From Chthonomonadales bacterium (lineage in GTDB: Bacteria > Armatimonadota > Chthonomonadetes > Chthonomonadales > Chthonomonadaceae): a DNA stretch of 13,635 nucleotides. The stretch covers positions 1 through 13,635 of the forward strand of contig JBBQPO010000165.1 in the NCBI GenBank assembly GCA_038217285.1, in the 5' to 3' direction. Position 1 is the first letter of the stretch; every line of letters begins with the position of its first letter. Shown in pieces: positions 1 through 8,015 of this stretch. The notes beneath the pieces were generated by a model, which made no database searches, was not told the DNA's origin, and saw nothing but the letters and a program-made list of their open reading frames with translations. The position numbers and the translations under genes were made by a program.

Positions 1-53
1 TGGCCTCTTGACGGACAGTCGAGATTAGGGCAAAATGTAGGTTGTGGGTGCAT
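1..53 (-). CDS. N-terminal 17 codons of a probable IS1-like transposase (partial, runs off the window)
   Basis: Hand translation from ATG 53: MHPQPTFCPNLDCPSRG. GGAGG lies 5 nt upstream. The FCPNxxCPxxG start is one I recognise from IS1-related transposases. Confidence 0.65.
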   Translation of the reverse strand, partial: MHPQPTFCPNLDCPSRG

Positions 54-140
54 GGAAACCTCCTAAGTTGGATGTGGTAATCAAACTTACGAAGGACATG
101 CCCCACTTTTCACATTTTCACCGTTTGATGCGGTTCTACC
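1..140 (-). mobile_element. Probable left end of an IS1-like insertion sequence (rest lies outside the window)
   Basis: From 140 the minus strand reads GGTAGAACCGCATCAAACGGTG (IS1-family ends begin GGT), then a GGAGG RBS (59-63) and an ATG at 53 opening a zinc-ribbon-like N-terminus. The + strand hydrolase translation only becomes domain-like after about 140. The other IR and any target duplication are not visible. Confidence 0.6.
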
Positions 141-1330
141 ATACAATCGTGCAGTTGTTCCGATTTCCTGAGTTTGCGCTCCTACAGGAGGCGCGGGTGA
201 AGGGCACAGTTGAGATCAATCAGCCGATCCGGCTTAAGGTCATGTGCAAAGGTCCCAGCATCTGGGTCTGGGCCAATGACCTGACCGTCCCTGCTATTAC
301 GGAGTTCGACAACAACCATCCCTCTCCTGGCTTCGTAGGAATGAAGGCGGAAAACAACAGAACATCTTTCGGCAATGTCGTGATCCGTACCGTGGGGAAG
401 ACGCCGCGCGCACCCTATGTCAAAGACTGGTCTTGGGTCAAAGGCGCAGTCTTCATCACTTCGGAAAGCGTTAACTCTTATCAGATGTGGGAGGAGTATC
501 ACCCTGACATTATAGATCGTGAGCTCGCCTACGCGCACGCGGCCGGTGTGAATATGGTTCAGGTCTATCTCAATTTCCTGACCTGGCAGAAGTATGGGCC
601 GAAGTATATTGCGCACATTGAGGAATTTTTAAGGCGGGCTAGTGCGCACGACATAAAGACTACTTTCATCTTTTTCGACGATGTCGGAAATGTGGATCCG
701 CCCCATCTCGCGCCGTATTCCGCTCCCGTCCCCGGAGTTCACAATAGTCAGATGCAGGGATGTCCGGGACGCGACATCATCGATAATCACTATGCAGGTT
801 ACCGAGACCAACTGAAGTCCTATGTCCAGGCCATCATCAAGGCTCATCTGAACGATCCGCGCATAATTCTCTGGCAGACCTACAATGAGCCGTCCCACGT
901 CAGCACGCTGCCACTACTGGCCGACAGTTACCAATGGATTAAGGAAACCGGCAGCAGGATACCCGTAAGCGCAACGGGAGGGGGGGCGTTCTACGGCAGC
1001 TACTATTCCGATTTTCCGACCTTTCATTCCTATCTCGATCCTAAGGCTCCTGCAAGCCAGGGCATGGTCCTGGGAGACGGCGGATCGGAGCATCTGTGCA
1101 CGGAGACCCTGGACCGCCCGGGCGTGGACGTGCCCAAACTGGTGAAGTACTTCTCCGCCAGAAAGACGGGATGGGTGATCTGGGAACTGATGATCGGTCG
1201 GGACAATTGCCGTTTTCCGTGGGGTAGTCCGCAAGGAGCATCGGAGCCGACAACGCCATTTCATGGGCTCATTTATCCAGATGGACACCCATGGTCACAA
1301 GAGGATATCAAGGTAATACGAGGAAACTGA
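141..1330 (+). pseudogene. 5'-truncated glycoside hydrolase: partial beta-sandwich (DUF1080/LamG-like) domain plus an apparently intact clan GH-A (GH5-like) catalytic domain
   Basis: ORF 44..1330. WQTYNEP (acid/base Glu), LCTETLDR (nucleophile Glu), IDRELAYA..GVNMVQVYL and TFHSY are GH-A-type motifs. IRLKVMCKGPSIWVW...GFVGMKA...FGNVVI resembles the second half of a beta-sandwich. The first ~32 codons fall in the putative IS end and lack a good RBS. The hydrolase call is firmer than the pseudogene status. Confidence 0.7.
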
Positions 1331-1558
1331 CCAGGAGGGATTCGCCGACAACATCAATGATTGTCAGATCCCTTCCATGATCCTGTCGGACGTTATTGCT
1401 CATGCCATGAAGTGTTGTTCTGGTCATAACTGGCAAAGGAGAGGAACCGGAAGGCCGCATGAATCATGCCAGGATGCACCCAGGCTACGTTCATTCAAAG
1501 AGGTATTGCTCCGGTATGCAGTGGATGTCCATTGCAATCAAACTAACAACGAATTCTA

Positions 1559-2572
1559 TTAGGACAGGAGCCGACGCCCGACGTTTGTAGCGTACCATCG
1601 AGAGCCTTCGGAGACCTGGACCTGCCCGATAAGCCCTTTGCTCTGGAGTTCCTCGACCGCTGAGGAGACCATGGTGGCGTCCAATCCCGATTCTGCTCCG
1701 ACGCCGCCCATCGACCGGTATGGTTTGTCTCCCGCCAGCATCGCAGCCAATGCCACGGCGGCGGCAGCCGACAATCCTCTGTCCGTGCCTTTTTGTATGA
1801 TCTGTGCGCGTGTGGGTGGTGCCGGTTCCGGATTTGCATCCAACGCCTCCCCTTCAACTCCTGATTCTCGCACTCGTTTCTGACGCCCGGCAGGGATATC
1901 CTTCTCGCTTGCTGCCTCCACGAGCGGTTTCACCCCCTCGGCAACCTTGTCGGCCTTGATTCCGGCGCTCTCCGCCTTCTTCTCCGCGCTGCGCGCATGA
2001 TCGGCGGCCTCCGTCGATTTTGCCTCAGCGCGGGCAACCTGCGCAAGCACCTTGTCCGAAAGCGAACTGATGAAGGCAGTCGACGAGATCGATGCCAGGA
2101 GGCATAACCCGGTAAATACGAAGTAGAGGGCCTCATCCGCCGGCACAGGCGTCGTGGTGCCAGGATTCCCGCGGATCTTATCGATCAAGTTGCTCGACGT
2201 AAGGTTGAGGAAGAGGGGCACCAGGAAGGCCGCGCCGATACCGGACACGACGCTCCGAGTCATGTCCGCAGTAGGGGTGGTCGGCGACGTGGGCTGCTTA
2301 ATGAGATGACTCACCGCTGGTATAAGCACGATGCCCAGAAGGGTAACGCCGGCAATCCAATACCTGCCGGACGGCATCCAAAAGTACAACGCGATCGCGG
2401 GCGCTGCAATCACCGCAAACGCGACCAGGACCGGTGTCCAGTCTCGCGGTGGCGGAGCGGGTTCATCGGCGCTGGCGGCCGTGGTTACTCTGGCAAAGGC
2501 AAACACGTAATTGATGAGGCCGCCAAAGAGTCCGGCCGAGACCATAATAAAGAACAGGATTCCGATATACAT
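1559..2572 (-). CDS. YLATT-like (YEATS-associated TM helix) membrane protein with coiled coil and C-terminal winged HTH
   Basis: Motifs IMVSAGLFGGLINY, GIGAAFLVPLFLNLTSSNLI and FVFTGLCLLASISSTAFISSLSDKVL; A/E/K-rich helical stretch; C-terminal YRSMGGVGAESGLD...EELQSKGLI...RWYATNVGR. Start moved from TTG 2593 to ATG 2572, which follows GGAGGAAGGA. Confidence 0.7.
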   Translation of the reverse strand: MYIGILFFIMVSAGLFGGLINYVFAFARVTTAASADEPAPPPRDWTPVLVAFAVIAAPAIALYFWMPSGRYWIAGVTLLGIVLIPAVSHLIKQPTSPTTPTADMTRSVVSGIGAAFLVPLFLNLTSSNLIDKIRGNPGTTTPVPADEALYFVFTGLCLLASISSTAFISSLSDKVLAQVARAEAKSTEAADHARSAEKKAESAGIKADKVAEGVKPLVEAASEKDIPAGRQKRVRESGVEGEALDANPEPAPPTRAQIIQKGTDRGLSAAAAVALAAMLAGDKPYRSMGGVGAESGLDATMVSSAVEELQSKGLIGQVQVSEGSRWYATNVGRRLLS

Positions 2573-2610
2573 GGCATTCCTTCCTCCCGTCAAGATAGGA
2601 TGTGGAGCGA

Positions 2611-3726
2611 TCAGGCGTTAATCTCGGCCAACAGGCCGGGATTGTGCTGGCCGATGTGCTCCAATATGGCGCCGATTTGCGTTCCTTCATTAACCCAGCC
2701 CGTGCTACGCCCCTGAAACTCTACGCCGTCGACATCGGTCGCAGCAGAGTGCAGGGCGACGACGCGCCACGCATCGTCGAAGACAGGCGAGCCAGACGAT
2801 CCCTGCTCAGTATCGGTGAAGTACCGAATTCTTGGGTAGATGGAGTCGTAAACCAGGTTGCTCCGGAGCGCGACCCGCTTCATGTTGCCGCGCGGGTGCT
2901 GAATAATGTTCACCGGAAAAAAGTCCTTCAAATTCTGTACGTATATGGCTGCTGACCGCAATGGCAACTTTGATCGGTCGGCCGGTACGCCCACCATCCG
3001 CAAAAGTGCGTAATCGAGGTCTATATCCCATGCTTCCAGTCGTGCAGTCGTCGCTGTCACAGGCTGCGATCCATCCGCATCGTAATCGAATAGCGCGGTC
3101 GTGTGCAAGACCTGGGCGTTCCGGTCGTCTGCGGATGCGTCCGCCTCCCCGTCCTTGCGTGCGTTAATCACATGGTGGTTCGTCATGATCAGGTCGCCGC
3201 CGATCAGCCAACCGGTTCCGAGGTAGCGGATTGGGCCGTCCGAACCCTCTGCCGCAACGGCGTTCCTGTATTGCGGCACGAGCAGCTTCACGACCGCTCC
3301 GGCGACTCTGGCTCCGCCCGCGAGGAAACCTATCGGGAGCGTCTCGTCGCGGTCGATGATCGCTTCCTTTATCCTTGGCAGCGTTGCGGTAGGAGCCTTC
3401 ACAACCGGCGCCCCGTTTGCCGCTCGCTGAACCGTCGACAGGTACGACTTGAGGATAACTCCCCCTGGCGTGACGCCGTAGAAGGAAACGGCATTCCGCA
3501 GCCACACTTCCAGCGGCACGACGCCATCCGAGAGGCGCTCTATGTCGTTAAACAGTTTCAGATCGAGTGCGACCTGTATTGCCGGCGGATTACCGACAGG
3601 GATATTCAGAAGGAACAGGGGCGATATCCCACTGGTCAATAGCGTTCTTTGATTGCCATCATAGGATAGGGCAGCCTGGAAATAGGCGTTTCGAATAGTG
3701 ACCAAGTCTTTGTCTATAAGTAGCAT
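2611..3726 (-). CDS. Trypsin-fold serine protease with N-terminal effector-associated-domain-like region (EAD5-like)
   Basis: Catalytic triad motifs MTNHHV, LDYALL and DTEQGSSGSPVF, plus GTGWL, IIQHPRG..K and VVALH. The ~95 aa helical N-terminus (LDLKLFNDIERLSDGVVPLEVWLRNA) resembles EAD5 from memory. No signal peptide. ATG 3726 chosen because GGAGGT lies at 3737-3742. Confidence 0.88.
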   Translation of the reverse strand: MLLIDKDLVTIRNAYFQAALSYDGNQRTLLTSGISPLFLLNIPVGNPPAIQVALDLKLFNDIERLSDGVVPLEVWLRNAVSFYGVTPGGVILKSYLSTVQRAANGAPVVKAPTATLPRIKEAIIDRDETLPIGFLAGGARVAGAVVKLLVPQYRNAVAAEGSDGPIRYLGTGWLIGGDLIMTNHHVINARKDGEADASADDRNAQVLHTTALFDYDADGSQPVTATTARLEAWDIDLDYALLRMVGVPADRSKLPLRSAAIYVQNLKDFFPVNIIQHPRGNMKRVALRSNLVYDSIYPRIRYFTDTEQGSSGSPVFDDAWRVVALHSAATDVDGVEFQGRSTGWVNEGTQIGAILEHIGQHNPGLLAEINA

Positions 3727-3932
3727 AGCGCAATGCACCTCCGCCAGATCGAAATCGAAAGCCCGCGCGACTAAGGAACCGCCAAACTATTATCGCCCCA
3801 CAATTCCGCCTCGGTTGAAGTCAGAAGGGGTCCGAATGTGGAGCAGTAATTCTTGGGAGTTGCCTAAGGGTCCGTAAACGGTTAACCTCCGTGTTTGGAA
3901 GGTCACTCGTTCTGCAAAATCGGGAAGTTAAA

Positions 3933-3960
3933 GATTTCTAGGCCCGAAGGCCCTAGAATC
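3933..3960 (-). terminator. Stem-loop with cUUCGg tetraloop overlapping the STAND gene stop codon (terminator or mRNA-stability hairpin)
   Basis: Minus strand GATTCTA-G-GGCC-TTCG-GGCC-TAGAAATC, followed only by TTTAACTT. Includes the TAG stop at 3953-3955. Confidence 0.45.
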
Positions 3961-6631
3961 TGCCGTAGCCGGAGTCGCTGCCTGCACGCTCCTCGCTTGC
4001 CATAGTCGATGCGCCCGGCGCATCCGAGACGATATCGGCTTCATTCTCGGTGCTCTCACGGGTAGCTGCGGCAGCAGGTTCGGCCATCGCGCCGCTATCG
4101 ACGAATCTTTCGCCCGCAATGTCCATGGCGGAAGCGCGCAGGCCCTCATACTCCGATGTCGCCGGCAGGGATTCCAGCGCCTGTGCAGCCAGGCCGCTCG
4201 CCTCGTCCGCACGGCCCAGTCGCTCCAGGCTGAGTGCGTGGAGATACTGCATCTCGCCCGTTGCAGGGACATCGCGCTGGTTCAGGAGATTGAGTGCTTC
4301 GTCTGCCTTGCCATGCTGCAGTAGTTCGCTGGCTCGGCGCTCGGCGTAGAGCATCCAGTCCGGCTGATCCGCCTGGTCCCAGACGTCATCTGGAAGATCG
4401 GCCTGGATGCGGGCAGCTACAAAAGCCTGGGCAGGCGCCGGCAGCTCTTCGATCGAGGAGCGCAACAGCTCGCCAACGTCGTCGCGCCAGACCATCTGGA
4501 CAGAACTCGGAGACTGGCCCAGCATAAGCCGATGATAGATCTCTTCGGCACGCGCCGCCGCGCCCTCCTGCTGAGAATAGTAGGTGACGGCCGCCTCCTG
4601 GATAAGCCGCGCAGTTTCGCGGTCAGCCTGGATAATGAGCGGAAGCATCACGCGGCGCAGATCGCTCCGGACACGTAGCGCACCCGGCTCGGCAGGAGCA
4701 ACCATCGCCACTTCCCGCTCCAGTTCGGCAAAGAGAGCCTGCGCGTCATCCTGCCCGGAGAGCGCGAGATCGCACGGACCGGCAAGCACTTTCAGAATCA
4801 GGTCGGCGGTGACGCGGCGCAGAATCAGTCCCGGATGCACGATCTTTTGGAGCCGCCGGTCGTGCACGTGCTCAAGGATACGATCAAATAGCCGACCCTG
4901 AACGGCGACTCCATCCCAATCCCGGCGGAAATTCGACAGGAATCGATCAAGCAAGCTGCGTTTCTTAGGCGTCGGTTTTCCCGTGTCGCTCAGTGTACGC
5001 AGACCCTCGGGGTCCCGACCCAGAAGGTCAATGGCAAGCACGAGGCTGAGCGGCTGCCGGCCAACGTAGTCAATAATGGCCTGCGCAGTGTTCCGGTCGC
5101 GTACTCCGTTCGCTTTCAGAAACGCGGCTGCCGCCGCAGCATCGAGGTCCGCGAGCACGATTTCTTCGGTCGGGAATTGCGTTACCTGCACGCGGCCGGC
5201 CAGTACCGTGCGCAGCCGAGGGACCCGCTTCTGTAAGTCCTGTAGGAACTCATAGAGGGCCGAAACGTGGTCCCTGCTCCGATACTGGACCTCTTCGAAC
5301 GTGTCGAGGACCAGGAGGAACGGTCTGTCCGGCTGGTCCAGGCGGGAGCACAGTGCGGAAAACCGATCGAGCATCTGTTTCCGCTCGGCCTGGAGTGCGC
5401 CGCTTCCACGCGTTGCGGCTGCCTCGGTCATTGCCACGGAACTGACGGGCGTCCACGCGCTGAACAACGTCAGTATCTCGCGACCCAGATCGCTAAATTC
5501 CGCATCAAGTGTTGCTCCTGTGGGAATACTACTGCCTGCCGCCATCTGGATGCTGAGCTGTCTGCATGCTTCCGCAAGAACCGTCATCGGCTCGCTGACG
5601 CGGATATCCGGCCGATCAAAATCGATGTAGACAAATGGGAAATCCATCTTCTCGAAGGCTGCGGCATGCTGCAGGATGAACTTGGCAAGGAGGGTCGATT
5701 TGCCGACGCCTCCCTCGCCTCTTATCAGCAGGGGCGGTCGTTCCCGGAGGTCGAATACCTGAGAGACCGTCCTCGTAACAAAGCGCCCTGCGGCCTCCAG
5801 CAAGCCCTCGGCTTCGACAATATCCACGTAGATTCGCAGTTGCCGTAACTCTGCCTGCCGGCCCTGAAAGTACTCACGGAATTCTCCAGCACCGTTCCAG
5901 CGCCCGATCATGGCGCGAAACGGCGTGAGGAGTTGTTCCCGCTCCACATAGTGGCTCACTTCCGTTCCGTCGGGCATCCACGGGAACGCGGTCTTGGGCA
6001 GCCACTCGCATACGCGCCTCAGGGCGGTCAGGTCCGTCAGGCGCGCTTGCGCCAGTGGCGGCACGTCGCCGCCTAACGCTCGCGCAAGGCATACTTGAAC
6101 CGGATCCGTCCCGCGCGAAGAGTGCTCCAGATTTGCCGCCAGCGCGCTCTGTACCAGCCCGTTCCTGGCGAGGAACTGAAGCGCGGGCCGGCGGATGTTA
6201 TCCGGCAGGCACCAACGAGGCTCCTGTTGCCCACTTTGGCCCAGGCTAAGGATCATCGTAGAAAAGCCCTGTACGGCGAGCAGGGCGCCGTTATCGCCTT
6301 GAGGCGGCTGTGAAGGCAGGGGAAGCAGGTCGCGCGGATCGTAGGAGATCAGCACGGCGGCGGCAAGCAGCAGAGCCGGGACGGCTTCGTGTTCCCAGCC
6401 CTTGAAATCATCCTCGCGTGTAAAGCTGTCTGCGTCTACGCCTATTGCCGCAGGAGCCATGGCGTTTGTCGGGTCTACGCCGACTTCCAGCCTGGGGCCA
6501 GCCTTCAATTCCGACCGCAAGTCAAGGAAGAGAGCTTTAAGGTCTGGTCCTTTACCGTCTGCTGCGTATTGTGCCGCCATCTTCTTGACTTTCGGCCCGA
6601 AATCGCCGCCGGGTGTATCGACCTTATCCAT
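3953..6631 (-). CDS. STAND-like P-loop NTPase, 892 aa, with helical N-terminal region and TPR-like C-terminus
   Basis: FQGRQAEL pre-Walker motif, Walker A GEGGVGKST (5693-5719), Walker B LLVLDTFEE, sensor-like VLAGR, GRQPLSL (GxP), and a TPR-like segment QYLHALSLERLGRADEASGLAAQALE. GGAGGA RBS at 6641-6646. Confidence 0.85.
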   Translation of the reverse strand: MDKVDTPGGDFGPKVKKMAAQYAADGKGPDLKALFLDLRSELKAGPRLEVGVDPTNAMAPAAIGVDADSFTREDDFKGWEHEAVPALLLAAAVLISYDPRDLLPLPSQPPQGDNGALLAVQGFSTMILSLGQSGQQEPRWCLPDNIRRPALQFLARNGLVQSALAANLEHSSRGTDPVQVCLARALGGDVPPLAQARLTDLTALRRVCEWLPKTAFPWMPDGTEVSHYVEREQLLTPFRAMIGRWNGAGEFREYFQGRQAELRQLRIYVDIVEAEGLLEAAGRFVTRTVSQVFDLRERPPLLIRGEGGVGKSTLLAKFILQHAAAFEKMDFPFVYIDFDRPDIRVSEPMTVLAEACRQLSIQMAAGSSIPTGATLDAEFSDLGREILTLFSAWTPVSSVAMTEAAATRGSGALQAERKQMLDRFSALCSRLDQPDRPFLLVLDTFEEVQYRSRDHVSALYEFLQDLQKRVPRLRTVLAGRVQVTQFPTEEIVLADLDAAAAAAFLKANGVRDRNTAQAIIDYVGRQPLSLVLAIDLLGRDPEGLRTLSDTGKPTPKKRSLLDRFLSNFRRDWDGVAVQGRLFDRILEHVHDRRLQKIVHPGLILRRVTADLILKVLAGPCDLALSGQDDAQALFAELEREVAMVAPAEPGALRVRSDLRRVMLPLIIQADRETARLIQEAAVTYYSQQEGAAARAEEIYHRLMLGQSPSSVQMVWRDDVGELLRSSIEELPAPAQAFVAARIQADLPDDVWDQADQPDWMLYAERRASELLQHGKADEALNLLNQRDVPATGEMQYLHALSLERLGRADEASGLAAQALESLPATSEYEGLRASAMDIAGERFVDSGAMAEPAAAATRESTENEADIVSDAPGASTMASEERAGSDSGYGRF

Positions 6632-6637
6632 CGGACG

Positions 6638-7822
6638 CTATCCTCCTTCCTGTACCTTCTGCGGTCGCGCCTCTTCCCAGGCTGCGACCAGACTCATAAC
6701 GGCACGGCCCAGAAGCCGGGCGCGATCGGGGTCGTTCTCGGCAGGGGCGGCAGCAATGAGATCGTCCGCAGTGCTTTGAAGGAAAGCCGACCGATTAGGC
6801 CAAAGGCCCGCCTTCCAATGTTTGTATACGCAGTACTCCCGGAAGAACGCCATAAGATCATCCGCCGTGATCGCATCGATGGTCTCTTCTCGAAGAAAGG
6901 CGCTGTCGGACGCAGGCAATCCATTCTCATACCCGAGCAGCAGGAGCCGCAGCGGCACGCCCTCATCCTGATCTTCGATCTCCCAGCCGAGACTCTCCCC
7001 CGCCAAGCCCGCAGCGAGCTGGCGGATGAAGAGGTGCGTGTCCACGGCTACGTGTGGGCGATGGAAGTTGTCGAGCGTGATGTACCAGCGCTGCTTGCCG
7101 TTCTCGCGCGTGGACTTGGCGGCGGCGGCAGCCAATTGCTGGGTTAGACTCTGCGCGAGCCGCTCCGGGCGATTCGAATTCCCGGTCTCCGCTCGAATGA
7201 TCCAGCCGGGGTATATCTGTTCGGCGAGGTGCTGGGCCAGAGCGAACTGCCCTGCCTGCACGTTCGTGTGAAGATCGTGATCCGCCCACGCCAAGTTGTA
7301 GCTGCCCGCCTGGACCTGAACCAGATAGCGCACATAGTTTAAGGTGAAGGATTTCCCACTGCCCGAGGGACCATTCACAACGAGAATACGGGCAGGGTGC
7401 GCGCCTCCGGGCGCCCGTGGCTTGAGAGGCAGCGGGAAATCGGCCAGGGCCTTCCGCGAAAATGTGCGGTTGAGAAACGGCAGTTCCATGGCGATCAGGC
7501 ACGTATTGTAGGGTTCTCCGCCCTGATGAAAAAAGGGCTTTGTCATGCCTTTGATGCGATTGCGGATCGGCACGAGGAGCGGATCAAGCGGGAACGCAGA
7601 CAGCAGCGCATTTATCAGCGGGGGAAGCTCTACCCAGGCGGACTGTTCACAATACTCCACGATATTGTGCGCCCAGGAGAACGGCACAGGGCTCGACGCG
7701 ATCTTCGCACCGTGAACGCCCAGCGTCGTGTAGATAAACGCGCCTGCGTTCCCGTTCTCCAGAAGCAGTCTAGTGCCGAGTTTGGCGATCAGTTCCTGTC
7801 TCTCTTGGTATGTTAGTATCAT
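6638..7822 (-). CDS. P-loop NTPase, 394 aa, with N-terminal EAD1-like helical domain
   Basis: PFLNR pre-Walker motif, Walker A GPSGSGKS (7349-7372), Walker B-like WYITLDNF, LRLLLLGY. The N-terminus (LTYQERQELIAKL...IVEYCEQSAW...LL...P.DPLL) follows an EAD1-like pattern. Stop is 6 nt from the next start. Confidence 0.75.
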   Translation of the reverse strand: MILTYQERQELIAKLGTRLLLENGNAGAFIYTTLGVHGAKIASSPVPFSWAHNIVEYCEQSAWVELPPLINALLSAFPLDPLLVPIRNRIKGMTKPFFHQGGEPYNTCLIAMELPFLNRTFSRKALADFPLPLKPRAPGGAHPARILVVNGPSGSGKSFTLNYVRYLVQVQAGSYNLAWADHDLHTNVQAGQFALAQHLAEQIYPGWIIRAETGNSNRPERLAQSLTQQLAAAAAKSTRENGKQRWYITLDNFHRPHVAVDTHLFIRQLAAGLAGESLGWEIEDQDEGVPLRLLLLGYENGLPASDSAFLREETIDAITADDLMAFFREYCVYKHWKAGLWPNRSAFLQSTADDLIAAAPAENDPDRARLLGRAVMSLVAAWEEARPQKVQEGG

Positions 7823-8015
7823 CGTTTTAGCTTCTTCTGAGTTGTCTCTTCCTCATTCATCACATTCCTGTTCCTGTTTTTCGTCGTTTACCACGCGAAT
7901 TCCTTCTCCACTTCACAGTTTCAGGCATAATCAACGGATACTTAGTGACGCAGAAACAGCTCTTTCCTAGATTGCTTGGAGCCTTTTTGCATAAGTTTGT
8001 CAATGGAGGATACGA

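Noticed and set aside
1334-1376. Imperfect stem-loop after the hydrolase stop (AGGGAT/ATCCCT, GACAA/TTGTC)
   Set aside because: Interrupted stems and no U-tract; too weak to call a terminator.
1377-1562. 61-aa + strand ORF
   Set aside because: No RBS or recognisable motif; lies in the gap between convergent genes.
6389-7147. 252-aa + strand ORF, and other + strand ORFs across 1638-7816
   Set aside because: Antisense shadows of well-supported minus-strand genes, expected in GC-rich DNA.
7975-8003. Perfect TTGACA (minus strand, 8003-7998) upstream of the cluster
   Set aside because: No plausible -10 at 16-18 nt spacing (TCCAAG at 17).
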